A DNA stretch of 64,000 nt, taken from assembly GCA_965153355.1 (NCBI GenBank), contig OZ231126.1:17484001-17548000 (forward strand), written 5' to 3'. The first letter of the stretch is position 1. The number at the start of each line of letters is the position of its first letter. Under the pieces are notes generated by a model that did not search any database, had not been told where the DNA came from, and saw only the letters and a program-made list of their open reading frames with translations. The translations under genes were made by a program, and so were the position numbers. The DNA is from Flaccisagitta enflata. Lineage: Eukaryota. Of this stretch, positions 14,672 to 28,500 are shown piece after piece.

Positions 14672-15059
14672 TAGACGCTCTCTAGCAAATGCTTGGTCCT
14701 CCCTTTTGCCTCATTTGCAATCCAAATGACTCAGTGGGTTTGAAATTGATCGTGAAAGTGAAGAAACTGTTTGGCCTTGTTTAGAGCACCAAAAGTAAGG
14801 TGAAAAAAACCTCCAATCTACTCTGTGTTACATAATGCAGAAACTAAAAAGAAACAAGATGCATTATTTTTTGCCATTTTTTTGCCATTTTTCATTTGGG
14901 GTATCGTTTTTGTTTTGCTTATCGAATCTAAAAGCCTTGAGCTAAAAGGGCATTTGGTAAGAAATTCAAAGTAGTTTCAGAATATCACTGATTTTTACAT
15001 GCATTTTTTATTCTTAGTAGAGTTATTGCTTTAAACGTTTGTCGATTTGTCGGGAAAGA

Positions 15060-15903
15060 AGTCGAAGTCCGTCTTCGACTTTTTGACATATTCGAGAGAA
15101 ACGGGGTTTTCATTTTCTTATTAGGAAATCTCGGAACTCATAGGGGCGATTGGTCCCTCAAACAAAATTGATAGGGTAAGTAAATTTGATAATTCTCTTT
15201 CATTTGGCGCCAAGCAGAATGCTCTACAGCAAATATTTTTTGCGCTATGAATTTTTAAAGATTTATTTACAAAAAATTCAAATTGATTTTTTTTTATTTT
15301 TTATGATTTTAAGTAGGATCAATAAAGGAGTGTATTTAAATTTGTTTGAGAATGCAAATACAAGAAAACATGTTAATGAGCATAACTGCTCATCTGTGAG
15401 GGTGTTTTTGAGCATTTTAGCTCATTTAGCTCATTTCACTCAGTCCGTTTTTCTGATTGAAAATGCGATAAATGAATAAATGTTTTGATTCATGTTTGAG
15501 CATGCAAATACAAGAAAGCATGTCAGTGAGCAGAGCTGCTCATCTGTAAGGGTGTTTTTGAGTATTCTAGCTCATTTAGCTCATTTCGCTCATTTAGCTT
15601 GCTCTTTTTTTCTGATTTCAAAACAGATGAATAAATTTTTTGATTTAAGCATGCAAATACAAGGGAGCATGTCAGTAAGGATAGCTGGTTGTCTGGTTGA
15701 GTGATTCTGAATATCTTACCTCATCTAGCTCAATTGGCTCAGTCCTATTTTTCTCTGATTTTCAGTGAAACCAATACATACAATTGCTGTTAATTTGGTT
15801 TAACAAATAAAAAGAATTGCAATGACTGAAGACAAAAGTTTGGTGAAAAGTGAACAACACTTACGACTTTTTTCCTCACTGCTACAGCCGCCATTACTGG
15901 TAT
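15060..15903. mobile_element. Non-autonomous DNA-element family with internal tandem units of roughly 130-150 bp. Second copy at about 19790-20452
   Basis: Both copies share GTCTTCGACTTTTTGACATAT, AATTCTCTTTCATTTGGCGCCAAGCA and the terminus CAGCCGCCATTACTGGTAT. Confidence 0.7.
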
Positions 15904-16469
15904 ATGAGCTAGTAGTAGTACTTTCTCATTGAGAAATTCTCAAGTCTAGACGAGATCTACTGTTCCAAGTCGTTATTTGACTTCGTTCTTTTCTTTAGGC
16001 ATCATCCTTAGCAAAGGCTCTAGTTACACCATAAATGAGAACAACAAGACGTGGAAACAAGCACAGGAAATATGTAGTAAAGGCGGAGCTCGGCTGGCGA
16101 TCATAGAGCAAACGTCGGAAGAAATCTACCTAAGACACCTGGTAACTTTCATACTTTTTCAATCAACTCCAAAAAAGATCTTGAACGCTTCGAAAAAGTG
16201 GGGAAGCACACGTTTTGATAGTAAACAACGCCGTATACACGGCTACCGAAGTCGCGTGCGGGTGGGCAGGGGCAGAAATGAAAAAGGCTATTTGAGCAAT
16301 TGAGCAGGAGCAGTAACGCAAAAACCGCCCGTAAACGCCGAAAAAAGCTAACGCGGACCGACCGAAGGGTCATCGAGTCGCGTAGCACGCGACTAAAAAT
16401 CTGATGTTCGAACGTCAGTTTTGACCCCTACCCGAGCTTTCAGTACTTGAGTTTCTCCAAAGTCACATA

Positions 16470-16941
16470 CACTTTTTTTTATAAGAGACAAGATTTTTAA
16501 ACTCAGCCTGGATGTTCTTAAATTTTTTGCTGTTTTGAATCTCAAATTCTCTTAAATTGTTCTTATTTTTTCAATGCGTGAAATATGGAAAATAATGTAT
16601 AAATACACTATTTATATGTTAAACAATGTATGAATACACTATTTTGTAGTGTTCTATGTATCTTCAATTGAAAACTTGTTAGTTACTATAAAACTAGAAA
16701 TATTTTGTTCAATGTGACAAACAAAACCAAAAAAGAAAGTCTTTTTCTGAAAGATTTACAAATTTTTGAAAAAAGTTTAAGGATTGTCATATGTTTTATC
16801 AAGAGACTCAAAAAAAAATTTTCTAAAAAATTTCCAAAAGTGAATCTCAGCCTGGGCATTCTCTTATTTTGTTCTTAAAATTTCGGCAAATCTCAGCCTC
16901 ATGTCTCTTATAATCTGGTCTCTTATAAAATAAAAAAAGTG
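16470..16941. mobile_element. MITE in lectin intron 2
   Basis: TIR CACTTTTTTTTATAAGAGAC / GTCTCTTATAAAATAAAAAAAGTG, with TA on the left. Confidence 0.65.
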
Positions 16942-18045
16942 CAGTGGGTAACCCCGTGGTCGTTTTCGCTCCTACAATTTGCCCCATTTAACTTATTTTC
17001 CTTTTTAAATCGTTTGAGCTAGAATTTCCAGACACGACTAAAATCATAAATTTTTTGAAGGGCTCTCCAACCATCTCGTTTTTATACGCAGAATGTCAAT
17101 TTAAAAGATATACAACAATTTGTAACAACTATTTCCAAACAAATGGCACCTGTTTAATGATAATCAACCTATATTTTCATGACATGATGCATCGCTTATG
17201 CATAGCGCTACCAACAAAGTCCTGTTGAACTCATGGAGAATCTGTCTGTCCAACCGCACAAGCATCTGTTCGTCCCTCTCCTGTTTTGCAGAACTTTGTC
17301 ACCAATAGGTGTCGTATAATCAGTTTATTCACATGTGAAACGTAGCGCGTACAAAAACAATTATACAAAAACAAACTGAAAATGAGACATGGTAGAGTTA
17401 TAAGAAAAAAAAAAGGATAAAATTGCTGCTCTCTTTCTCTGTCCTTAACCTCTTACCTGCACCCCTTTCCCACCCATATACACACAACTTTTCCCCCACG
17501 CTTTGCATAGCCGTATGCTTTAACTTGTAAGTGAAAAACCTTTGAAGACGCTTGCTAAGTGAGGGTGTTTCCCCAGGGTAAGAAGAGAAAACTGTAGATA
17601 GGGGAAGGGTCCATCTGTGAGTAACGCAATTCGTTGGATGACAAATAATCAACCAAATCTGTGATTACTAAGCGTTACTGCCCCTGCCAAACCGCAAGCG
17701 ACTGCTCATTTATCAAGTATCCGATCTTGCTTGTTTCATTTGTACTTTTCAGCCCCAGCTCAAAAGTACCTATCATTGGGTTGGTGCGAGATGTGAGAAA
17801 AGATCTGGAGGAAGCTTTTACTTCTGGGACACCCCTAAAGGTCAAGTCCCATTCAACGACGCCATCCCGTCATCTGATCGTGACGGGAATTTAAGAGAAT
17901 GCGACACGGACAATGACGGCATCCTTCTGTCCAATAGTCCGTCCAATCGATGGGACGACGCTGATGAAAAAAAAACTTATCCATTTATTTGCGAATTCCA
18001 AGCGCGTGTTTAGACTGACGATTCAAAATTTCGTGTTTTGACTTG

Positions 18046-18469
<424 letters not shown>

Positions 18470-18697
18470 ATTTGTCTTATTCTGTCTTACAGCTAAATAA
18501 TGGTTAGCCAAAGCTTAGAAAATTGCTAAGTGGATATCTTTCTACAAATGCATGCGCGTACTACCCAAATTAAGAATTTTACTTTCTCATCTTTCTGACT
18601 CGTAGCCTAGCTCGTCTGATTCAAACTCAATTTTGTCTTTATTACCTTTTATAATGTACAGTTTTCGATGAGCACGGATTGTAAAGGAGTACACATA

Positions 18698-19283
18698 CTA
18701 TCTAGAGCAAAAGTATGGCAACACCATAAGACTTTATTTATCTATTCAAAAAATGATACATAATATGATTCCAAAATATTTGGCGTTCCCTCCCTTGGCA
18801 TAAATAACCGCCTTCATAGGCCTCAGCTTGCATTTGTAAAGAGATTTTAGGTAAGTTGGCAAGATCTTCCTCTAGACTTTTGGAGTAATACTTTTAAGTT
18901 TTGTTATGCAAACAAAGTCACATGTCCCTTGATTAGTTGCTTTGTTTGAGACTAAAGCGGGGGTTGTTGTTTGGGCTGTCCCCAGCCAAACACCAAAAAG
19001 TTTGACACCGTGTTTTGTGTGCTATTGCTTCTTTGAGACAGCGAAATGTGTCAGAGTGCTATTTTTTAATAATTAACTGCCATGTTTTTGCTATTTTTTA
19101 TTTGGAGTAGCAATTTTGTTTTGTATGTCATTTCTAGACGCTTTAACTTAGATGAATGCTGTTTGCGTCATTAGATCAGAAATTTGATTTAGTTTCAGAA
19201 TTTTACTGCTTTTTATATGGATTTTTTATTCCAAGTAAAGATATCACTCAAAACATCTGTTGCCATACTTTTGCTCTAGATAG
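18698..19283. mobile_element. TA-flanked MITE with perfect 26-bp TIRs (probably young)
   Basis: TA|CTATCTAGAGCAAAAGTATGGCAACA...TGTTGCCATACTTTTGCTCTAGATAG|TA. Confidence 0.88.
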
Positions 19284-20519
19284 TACAAAAATGGCAAAAA
19301 AAAATGGATAAATGAATATACATTACAAAGGAAACAAACAATAGTTAATACTGCTACAACCATTGCGACACACATTTGAAGAAGCAGCCCTGTAATCTTT
19401 AGTCCAGCGCGTTTTGACGCTTTTAGACAGCTAAAAAAATGAAAAATGCCGAACGTTTGAATGGCGAAAAATATTGCCTTATCTTACAATCTTGCTAATA
19501 ACTGACCACCATCTGAAAAGAACAAGCAACTTTGGAAGAGTGTCGCTCCTGAAGGAATAAAGTTACAATTACCAGATAGGCCTGAAATTTATTTCAACTC
19601 TTTAAAATACAACCAATCTGGTAATTCTATCTTTATTCTTTTAGGCGCAATGCTTTTCTATAGCTGATATTTCTTTTCAGATGGTGATATACTTATTAGC
19701 AGGACAGTATGACTGGACACGATTGTATACAACATATAGCCACACTGCCAGAACAAAAAACTACAACAGACTAATTGGGAAAAAAGTAAAAGTCAGTCTT
19801 CGACTTTTTGACATATGCCAGAGAAGCATGGTTTTTATTTCCTTATGGGAAAGTTAGACATCTCAATTGACCGATTCGGGCCTCCAATGAAAATGATAGA
19901 GTGCGTAAATTTAATAATTCTCTTTCATTTGGCGCCAAGCAAAATGTTTTAAGACAAACGTTTTTGGAGTTATGATTCTTTAAAGATTAATCTATAAAAA
20001 ATTCTAACTGAATTTTTTTTGGTTTATTATGATTTTATGTAGGATCAATAAAGAAGTGAACTGATGTTTGTTTGAGCATACAAATACAAGAAAACATGTT
20101 TATGAGTTTAGCTGTTCTCCAGTATTTTAACTCAATTAGCTCATTTAACTCAGTCTTTTTTTTTTTTCATTTTAAATGGGATAAATGGAAAAGAAAGCAT
20201 GTCAGTGAGCATAGCTGCTCATCTGTGAGGGTGGTTTTGAATGTTTTAGCTCATTTTTGATGTAAGCATGCAAATACAAGAAAACATGTCACTGAGCATA
20301 GCTGGTTGTCCGGTTGAGTGCAATCAATACATATGATTGCCCTTGATTTAATCTAGCAAATGAAAAAAGTTGCAGTGATTGAAGACAAAAATTTGAAAAA
20401 TGGCAAATGCTAACGACTTTTTTCCTCACGGCGTCAGCCGCCATTACTGGTATTCCTTAATAGCGGATGTGCTATAGTGAGGCTCCACCATTTTTAACTA
20501 TTCACTTCACTAAAATTAA

Positions 20520-22200
20520 AGACAATATCCATTTCACAGACCTATCGGAAAATTCATAAAAAGAGTAGATAAGGACGAACTACGTTAGCCTTTTGATTTG
20601 GTCGCCTCGCTGGGAAGTCCTCTTCCACAAAAGACAGAAGTGCTGGCAAACAAATGACAATTTTCTTCTGCAAGGTTTTGGTTTAAATCTTTTTGACTTT
20701 TAGTGTCCTCCTTAGTTCTCCAGTATGTTGTGATAATAAAGTAGTGAAGCTAGAAATACGGAGTGGGATCGAAGTGAAATTCAACATAGGAAGACATATG
20801 ACATGATCACCATTTGTCTGTACAATTCATTCATCCATACATCCCACATGAGCCCTCTCATTGGGACGCACGCCTCTAATCAATACTTTGAGGTCTGAAA
20901 TTAGCCCTCTCAGTCCTCAAGTAAGCTCTCCCGGGGTCAGATCAGCCATCTTAGGCCTGAACTCATCTTTCATGCAGTGTTTGATCTGTTATACTTCATT
21001 GTCAGGCCTCAAGCCGGCTTTAGGGCACTTGCCCGTGGCCCAGTGGGAAACAAAGTAGTCTAGAACACATGGGAACCTTTGTTTAACTGTTACTCATTTG
21101 TGTACCTTTCCCTCTTCCCTCAGCCTTTTCAAGCCTCAAATATGCCTTCTCAAGCCTAAATCAAATCAGACCTCTCAAGCTTCAAATCAACCCTGTAAAC
21201 AGATCAGCTCTTTCAATTCCAAAATTTGCTCTTTCTAGCTTACAATTGTGACCTGTTAGGCCTCAAATTAGCCCCTGCAAGCCTTAAGTATGTCATCTTA
21301 TCAACCCTTCTAAGCCACAAGTCAGTCCTTTGAGGCCACTGCCCTTCTTTGTCGCGCTCAAAATCATAATCATTCGAAGGAGGACAAAGAGTATTGCTTA
21401 CCACATCATGTCATTGGGCTTCTTAGGTTTCGAATACCATCAATAGCTTCCAAACTCGATCAAACTTCTTGGGTGCCTCATCAGTGCGCATGTCAGAGTG
21501 CCGCAATTGACCAAAACTGGCTTTCCCACTGGCAAGAACTTGTTTCCTTTGCTCAAATGCTGTAAAATGAGACATTGCGCAACGTTCAAATCGATCGAGA
21601 ACCATCGTTGGGGTGACTATGAAGTTTCCATAGAAACCCATAGCAGAGACAAAATTTGCCTAATAGGAATATTGGTTCTAGTGCTTATTCAATGGCAAAC
21701 TTTAGCCTCATCCTATCGATGGTTCCCGATCGATTTGAAAGTCGGGCAAGGGCTCGTTTCATATGATAGGACTTCCGCAAAGCCAAAGGAAACTGATGAT
21801 CGCCAGTGGAAAGGCAGTTTCGCCCGTTTTGGGCACTCTGAAACACGTACTCATCAGCTCTCTGTATTGTACAGGTCCTCTTTCCTCTTAGGCCAGCTAC
21901 CCCTCTTTCTCCTGCACAATCAGACATAGCAGGGAAAAGAAAATCGTTGACATTAGAATACATAATGCTCTTCTTTTGGATTTTGCTTTCAAGTTTTTGA
22001 AACCTTGAGACATGACCAGAATATGAAAAGCTTCTCATGAAGGTAGGAAGTTGCACATCAGATGATCATCTCATGGGCTCGTCTAAAAAAGTATCAAAAG
22101 TTCTTCTTTCTTCATATTTCGCCAACTGGTGTAAGCGATCAAAGTCATCAACATTGTCGAAGAAGATGAGCGTCGCAAATCGAGAGTCGTTTCCATGAGT
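20520..22200 (-). pseudogene. Intronless coding-like relic of unknown family, interrupted by stops, a frameshift and a HINE-like insertion (about 20860-21420)
   Basis: About 260 codons are nearly open from 22200 to 21423 (TLIFFDNVDDFDRL...MR*SSDVQ...FAIE*...MGFYGNFIVTPTMVLDRFERC). The sequence is non-repetitive and more GC-rich than its flanks. No family was recognised. Confidence 0.35.
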
Positions 22201-22660
22201 TAAAACTAAGAATAAAACTACGCTAAACTAGCAATCGGTCACTGACTTACTACATGCACTGGGAAGCAACACTTGGGAAGTTCTAAAGAGCAGAGCTAAT
22301 CAATTCATCCTAAATGTTGTTACCCTATCTTTTTGCCAGATGTGTTGCATCAACCGTCTTATCTATTTGTCCAATCGCCGTTTTGTATTTGTGCTACACG
22401 TCAATCATGTAAATAAACTAGATATATGATTCAGGAAACAAAAAGTGCAGAATTAAGCGTACGTGTTCAAATTTTCATGGGGGGAGGGGGGAGGGGCGGG
22501 TGATTAGATATGTTTTTGTTTTTGATGTAGCATGATCAGATTCTGCCTCTGATGATGATGCCCAAAGTGGTTATCGAAAATTTAGGCAAATTTGTTCGTT
22601 TTGCTCTTCTGCACTGTATTCTCTATCATGAAAACACAAATCGTTTTCAGTTTTTGTTTT

Positions 22661-22866
22661 TAGTCGCGTGCTACGCGACTCTACACCCCGCTTTGTCCGT
22701 CCGTCCGTCCGTCCGTCCGTCCGTCCGTCCGTCTGTCACACTTTACTTTTTTTTTGGGTTTTTGGGATTTTTGGCTTCACTGCTCCTGCCCAAATGATCT
22801 GGTGACCTCAATTACGGCCCCTGCCCACCCGCACGCGACTGGGGTAGCCGTGTATCCGGCCTTGTT
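22661..22866 (+). mobile_element. HINE/DINE-1-like element, family A (representative full copy). Others at about 1468, 8640-9590(-), 16215-16400(-), 24626-24776, 28541-28913, 29431-29648, 29713-29905(-), 30049-30260, 33726-34385(-), 36110-36232, 37645-37802, 42010-42245, 43614-43820, 44432-45224, 50436-50584, 52365-52638, 54209-54386, 61673-61853 and 62199-62397(-)
   Basis: T-run, 5' hairpin AGTCGC-loop-GCGACT, (GTCC/GGTC)n microsatellite, 3' subterminal inverted repeat GCACGCGACT, 3' hairpin GCCG-TGTATC-CGGC, then CTTGTT. No target-site duplication. Confidence 0.85.
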
Positions 22867-23579
22867 GCTTTATAAGTCGTCGCTAAGCGACTCTATTGAA
22901 AACATTGGTGTATACATGTATCGGTCGGTCCGTCGGTCAATCTGTTGGTAGGTCTGTCACTTGGTCCATCGGGCGGTCCGTAACATCTTTGAACTGTGGG
23001 CTTCTTTGTCTTTTTACTGTTAGATAAAGACCCTTACTTTTTTATGAATCAAGTAACTATACTCAAGATCAAGGACGGACATTTTTTTAGTAATTCCCCT
23101 GCCCAACCTATAAATTACTGAGTAAAATACATGAATTTCAAGTCTCATACCTCCTCAGAAATAATCTCGATCGGCATATCTTCTCGTTATCTTGTCAGGG
23201 TAGAATGAATTCAATCAGTTCGATTGATTCAATAAATATGCAGCAAAACTGGCATGGAGCTTCAAGCTTCAAGCTTCAAGCCTAGATCAATGAGACAATA
23301 GAGTCTCCCTTTAACGTTTTTCATCAATAGACAAGGTCTTTTACGCGGCTACCTTGGCCGGCTGTAGGTGGGCACTGGGTAGGGGTGGTGACAGAAAGGG
23401 CTTCTCAAGTAATTGGGCAGGGGTAGAGACGCAAAAAACCGCCCGTAATGGACAAACAGGGACGAATTGTTATACATGCATAAGGCAGAACAACCATTTT
23501 TTTTATTCATCATCTTTTAGTCAAACAATTATAAACCTTACTATGATTTTCTGGTTTGATCCTTGAAGATCCAATAATA

Positions 23580-24345
23580 CAGTATGATTTTTCTGAACTG
23601 TAGCATAAGATGATTACATAGCACAAAAAGTAGAAGAGCTAGCTATAATCTGAAAGAATCACTTTGAAGATATGAGTTTGCAGATTTTTGATGGTAAATC
23701 CCAAGGACTTCTTCTGTTATTTTGATCTGATTAACGCATGTGAATAGAAGGGCAGATTCTGCCACCAAAAGCTGTTTTCTTGTGACTGTCTTTCTGTAAA
23801 TCGCTCCCATTTCTGAGCGGTTTGAGCTACGGATCCCAGATTGGTCTCGAATGAAAGATATTTTGATGTAGTTTTAGGAGAAAAACAAAAACAGCGATAT
23901 TTTCAAAGAGTTATCCCGCCAAACATAAACGATTTTGTTGTTTCAGGAAAAATTGTTTGCAGAATTGACTTTCAGTTAACCAAATGCATTCAAAACTCAA
24001 AAAAAGTCTATCTGTTGAGTTTTTCCCAAAAAGTACTTCAAAATAGCTTTCATTTGGGACCAATCTGGCATCTGTAGCTCAAACCGTTTGGAAATGAGAG
24101 CAATTTAAAGAGAAATAGTTCAGCCAATATTTCATCAATCTTTTCCATCTTTCCACATTTCTAGATTTCAATCCCAATTAACAAAGCAAGATAGATATCA
24201 ATTTTCTTTCAAAAAAACCCTTAGAATCTCTTAGCAGATAACTGCAAACTCTCATCTTCTAAGAGCTTCTTTAAGAATTTGGCTAGCTCTTCTAGTTTTT
24301 GCATAATGTTCTCATTTTATGTTACATTTGAAAAAAATCATACTG
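23580..24345. mobile_element. Tc1/mariner-type non-autonomous element with imperfect TIRs over 100 bp. Inverted second copy at about 31580-32358
   Basis: TA|CAGTATGATTTTT...AAAAATCATACTG|TA. The internal sequence (e.g. AGATTGGTCTC.AATGAAA) is shared with the second copy. Confidence 0.8.
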
Positions 24346-25439
24346 TACTTGATATGTCCACTTATCCTGTAGCATTTTCTCCTATGTGAAATAATTTTAA
24401 AAATTTCATCCTCATCTAAGTTTTTTGTTCCTCTTAAGGAAGTCTATCTGTTCAATGCACAATAATCATCCAAGGAATCAGGTCTTTCAATCGAAATAGA
24501 TGGATGGCGAAACCAATGATCCGACTGATGGACAAACAGATATGGCGAGTGCACGTGACTTAATACAAGCCGGTTTTGGCTACTTTGCATTGTCAAAAGG
24601 GTTAAGCTGGATATTTGATCATTTTTAGTCGCGGAAACGCGACTCTACACGTTGCCGTGTCGGTCGGTCCGTCGGTCCGTCCGTCGGTCCGAAATATTTT
24701 TGAATTGCGATTGGGTTACGCTTTACTGCTCCTGCCCAAACGTCCGCGACTGGATTGCCGTGTATCCGGCCTTGTTGGAACAAGCGCTACGGTGCTTCAC
24801 ACAAAAGGAAATTCAGCTATGAATGAATGAATGAATAGACCCAAGAACTCTTTTATAGAGATGCGAGAGTTCATCTAAGAATGTAAAAATGTAAGCATGT
24901 AAAGATTTTAGCACTTGTTTTATGGTCACGTGAAATTCTATTCATCCGACTGTTTCATATCATTTAAATTTACATAACTCGAGAATTCAAATAGGTAGTT
25001 ATTGAGGTACCCCGACTACCCCGCCCATATCTTGCCTTTTGACAGATCGACTTACAGATTTATGGACTCTTTTAAAGATGCATGGCCGCCAACAAATGAT
25101 GAGCAGGCAGTTGACGAAAGCTTGAGACAAAAGAATTTGGGGACAGAACACGTCTTAAAACCACAAAAAAGGTACAAGGCTGTCGGACTAAGACTAACTG
25201 TCGGACTTGATTTGGGGCCGAAGGAAACTCCAGCAGTTTCGCTTACTAGAGAAACTTGCTTTCGCTGATTTTTATTCTGTTACTGCGGAGAGAAACTATA
25301 CTCAAAGTGAATCGTAGAAGAAAGCCTTTGTTGAATATATAACAAACTCTCGTTATCTTATCTTATCCCTTATCAGTGATTGTTATCAATCGCCATCGGC
25401 ACGAACGTCGTATTCATCGTCGTCGCCGTCGCTGCGTAG

Positions 25440-25549
<110 letters not shown>

Positions 25550-28500
25550 GCGTTCACTTCAGGCTTAATCTTATTCCTCTATGCTTATGGAAACGATCCC
25601 ATCCGTATCTCATCATTCTCTCCGCCTTCAAAAGGAAAGGAAGCAACTGCTCTTCGACTACACAGGGAACTGATGGAGAAAAAAAAAAGAAAAAAAAATA
25701 ATGCGACAAATATGAAGAGGAAAACAAAACAAAACAAAACAAAACAAAACAAAACAAAACAAAACGTATCAAGACGAATGAATGTCGGACTTACAGCGTT
25801 GCACAGAGAGAAGAGATCTCGATTTTAGTCTTGATAGTCTTTGTTTGAAGAAATCAGCCTCACAACTTCCTCTATTTATCAACAGATGTCATCTTTGTTG
25901 TTCTCAACAAAAGGCTAATGATTAGAATGTAAAAAATCGATGACAAAATCGATGACAGACACCAAAAGCAAGAGAGTGACTGAACTATAATATCACCTTG
26001 AACTGAGCATCATCTTTGGGTGTTTGTTCCTTGCTTCTTATTGGTCAGTCTGAATGTGTGAGCTTATCACTATGATCTATATTTTGTGGCGTCTTCCCTA
26101 AGTCGGCCACCAATGATTAAGAAAGAGCTGCTTTGCAACAACTTTTCCATGAGCTTTTACTCTTAAAGTGCAGAGAAGTTGCAGGAAAAGATTACATATT
26201 TAGATTTGATATGAGGAGATCTACAAATTGGTACTAAGTTTTTGGCGGAAATAGGCGGGAATGGATTTTTTTTTCTTTCTCTATTGAAATATAAGCTGAA
26301 ATCTATCTTTGGCTTCCAATAAGCTGTACATGGAATGGGGAAATACAACCAAATTATATTCTTCTACCTCCAACAGGTTACAATGCACAATGGAAGTTTA
26401 AAAAAAATTAAAAAAAAGAATGTCCCTATATACACTAAAAAAAGACTCTCTGCCCTATGTGCGTTGCTCCGCGTGCAGGGCTTTTGCAATTTTCATTGAG
26501 CCTCGATGGGCTTTTACATCTTAAATCTAAATCGTCATCAATCGAAAGAAAAAGAAACACTCACACCAATACTTGGACTATGCTTTTTTCCGTCTTTGAA
26601 TCTATCCAATAAAACTTTTTCTTGAACGTTCAACGGCAAGTTTAAATTGTTTATGAACAACAGCTATTGCTTGGAATGACCATAAACGATACAAGGCATC
26701 AATCGTAGATTTTCATGTACAGTTGAGCTTCACCACACCAGAACGCATGTGTAAGGATTGGGCAAAATTATCAGGCCTTTTATTAGAGCGAGCCCGCGAG
26801 CCCGTGGCTCTCTATTTTGCTGTCGGGCTCTCATGTTTTGCTGGCTCTGAACCCGTCTGTCTCTCTCAAATTTGGCGCCATGTTTTGAACTCAAATGTAT
26901 TGTTGAAAAATCATAAAAATGTAACTGTGTCGAATATTGCTGGTGTAAAAAGTTAGCATGAAATGTCTTTTGCTTTATTAAACCCATTTTATTTTTAAAA
27001 AGAGAAAGGTGAAAAATTACCATTGTAAGATGGCAGTGTCAGTACTGTCAGTAAGCTCACATGTGTGCACACATTTTAAAAAGATGTGCAAAAGGTTCCA
27101 TTTTTTTAAGTTGTGTGCACATAACTCTATAACCCGCGCATAATAGCTATGTTGGGCTGTCTTTCCATCTGTTGGTCTGTCCGTCCTTTGGTTTGTCTAT
27201 TCATTAGTCCATTTGCTGTATTATTGAATCATGACATTTTTTTTTTTTGCGTTAACAAGTGATTTTCATGTCACTTCTCCTGCCAAAATGTTTTTAGCCA
27301 TTTTTGTCACTGACCCTGCCCACCCGCACAGGCAGCATTGATATTTTGCCGGGCTCGCTGTTTTTCCGTCGGGCTCTGTAAAATTGTGGGGAGAGAGCCC
27401 GGTTGGCTCTGCCAGAAAAATCACTAAAAAAAGGCCTGAAAATTATGCCTCACAGGGAAGCTGCCTTATTGCAAATCCGGAAATAAATTACAAAATATAC
27501 AAATCCGGAAATAAACTACAAAATCTCTATAATCATTTTTGGGATCACAAATTCTATGCTTTATAGGTGGGCATGCCTTAATAGCGGGTGCTCAACTGAA
27601 TTACAAAATGTTTAGCGGCGCATCTACCACATTTGACGGATTATCATCAATCGATTAATCAAAAACTCGGATATTGAATGGTTTTCTGCACCATTTTGTT
27701 TTTTCCGAGTCCTCCGCCAGAGCGAAGCTTTGATTCGAGTAGCTTCAGGCCGTACATGAGGGAATATTGCCCACATTGCTATCGCCGGCCTTCTGGTTGC
27801 TATGATGATAAACTTAAACCTTGTTACCTGCCCTTTCCCTCATACTGTGTTCTGTCGCAAAATCTAGTTATGAAGAATTGAATCTGATCCGCATTTGAAC
27901 AGATTAAGAGCGTTTCTTGAGACACTTCAAATACGTTTGGTTCCTTAAAACGCGATTTCATCGTGAACACAGATTCATGAATTTGAATTGTCCCATCAAG
28001 GAGTGTGTGACAAGTGCGCGAGCCCGTGAACGAAGCGAGCGATAAAAGCGAGTGAGCGGAGCGCTGTAGAGTGTAGAGTGAGCATCTGAGTGGTGTGAGC
28101 GACCAAGTGGCCTTTTCAGAACGCGATTGTCCTCGCCAGACCCTAAGAACTTTCTGATTCAGCTTTAGTGACAACTTCAAATACGAGTCTGAAGCAAAAG
28201 CACAACAATTTGTTCTAAGCGGCGGAAATCATCGTGACTTTTTTTAGCTCAACTTTGAAAGGCTGTAAATTGGAGAGGAACTGACTGATTGACTTGATTT
28301 TTTGCATGGTGACATCATATGACCTTGTCTACAACGGTGCAAAGTTTCACGCAATTCCAGAAGGTCCAACCACTCGAACCAACCTACCTGCCCCAAAATT
28401 TCAAATAAGTATAGCTGAATAAATATTCTGTGAAATTTTCTGAAATTTTGCATGAATGACCACCCATCCCCTGCACAAATCCTGAGAAAGTTGTACAGCG

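Larger units (their letters stand above)
13215..18013 (+). pseudogene. Secreted single-domain C-type lectin-like gene. Exons 13215-13251, 15999-16141, 17753-18013, with in-frame TAA at 13230-13232
   Basis: Exons 2 and 3 give YTINENNKTWKQAQEICSKGGARLAII...YHWVG...FW...RWDDAD...YPFICEFQARV*, which contains CTLD motifs, with GT-AG introns in phase. Candidate exon 1 (caagATG...GCA T|gtatgc, phase 1) joins to give the signal-like MNLRS*FFVIGACIILSKGSS. Exons 2-3 are more certain than exon 1. Confidence 0.8.

Noticed and set aside
25550-25900. Minus-strand exon pair with an SH3-like snippet (RAVASFPFEGGENDEI)
   Set aside because: Splice signals are plausible but all frames close quickly. At most UTR or non-coding.
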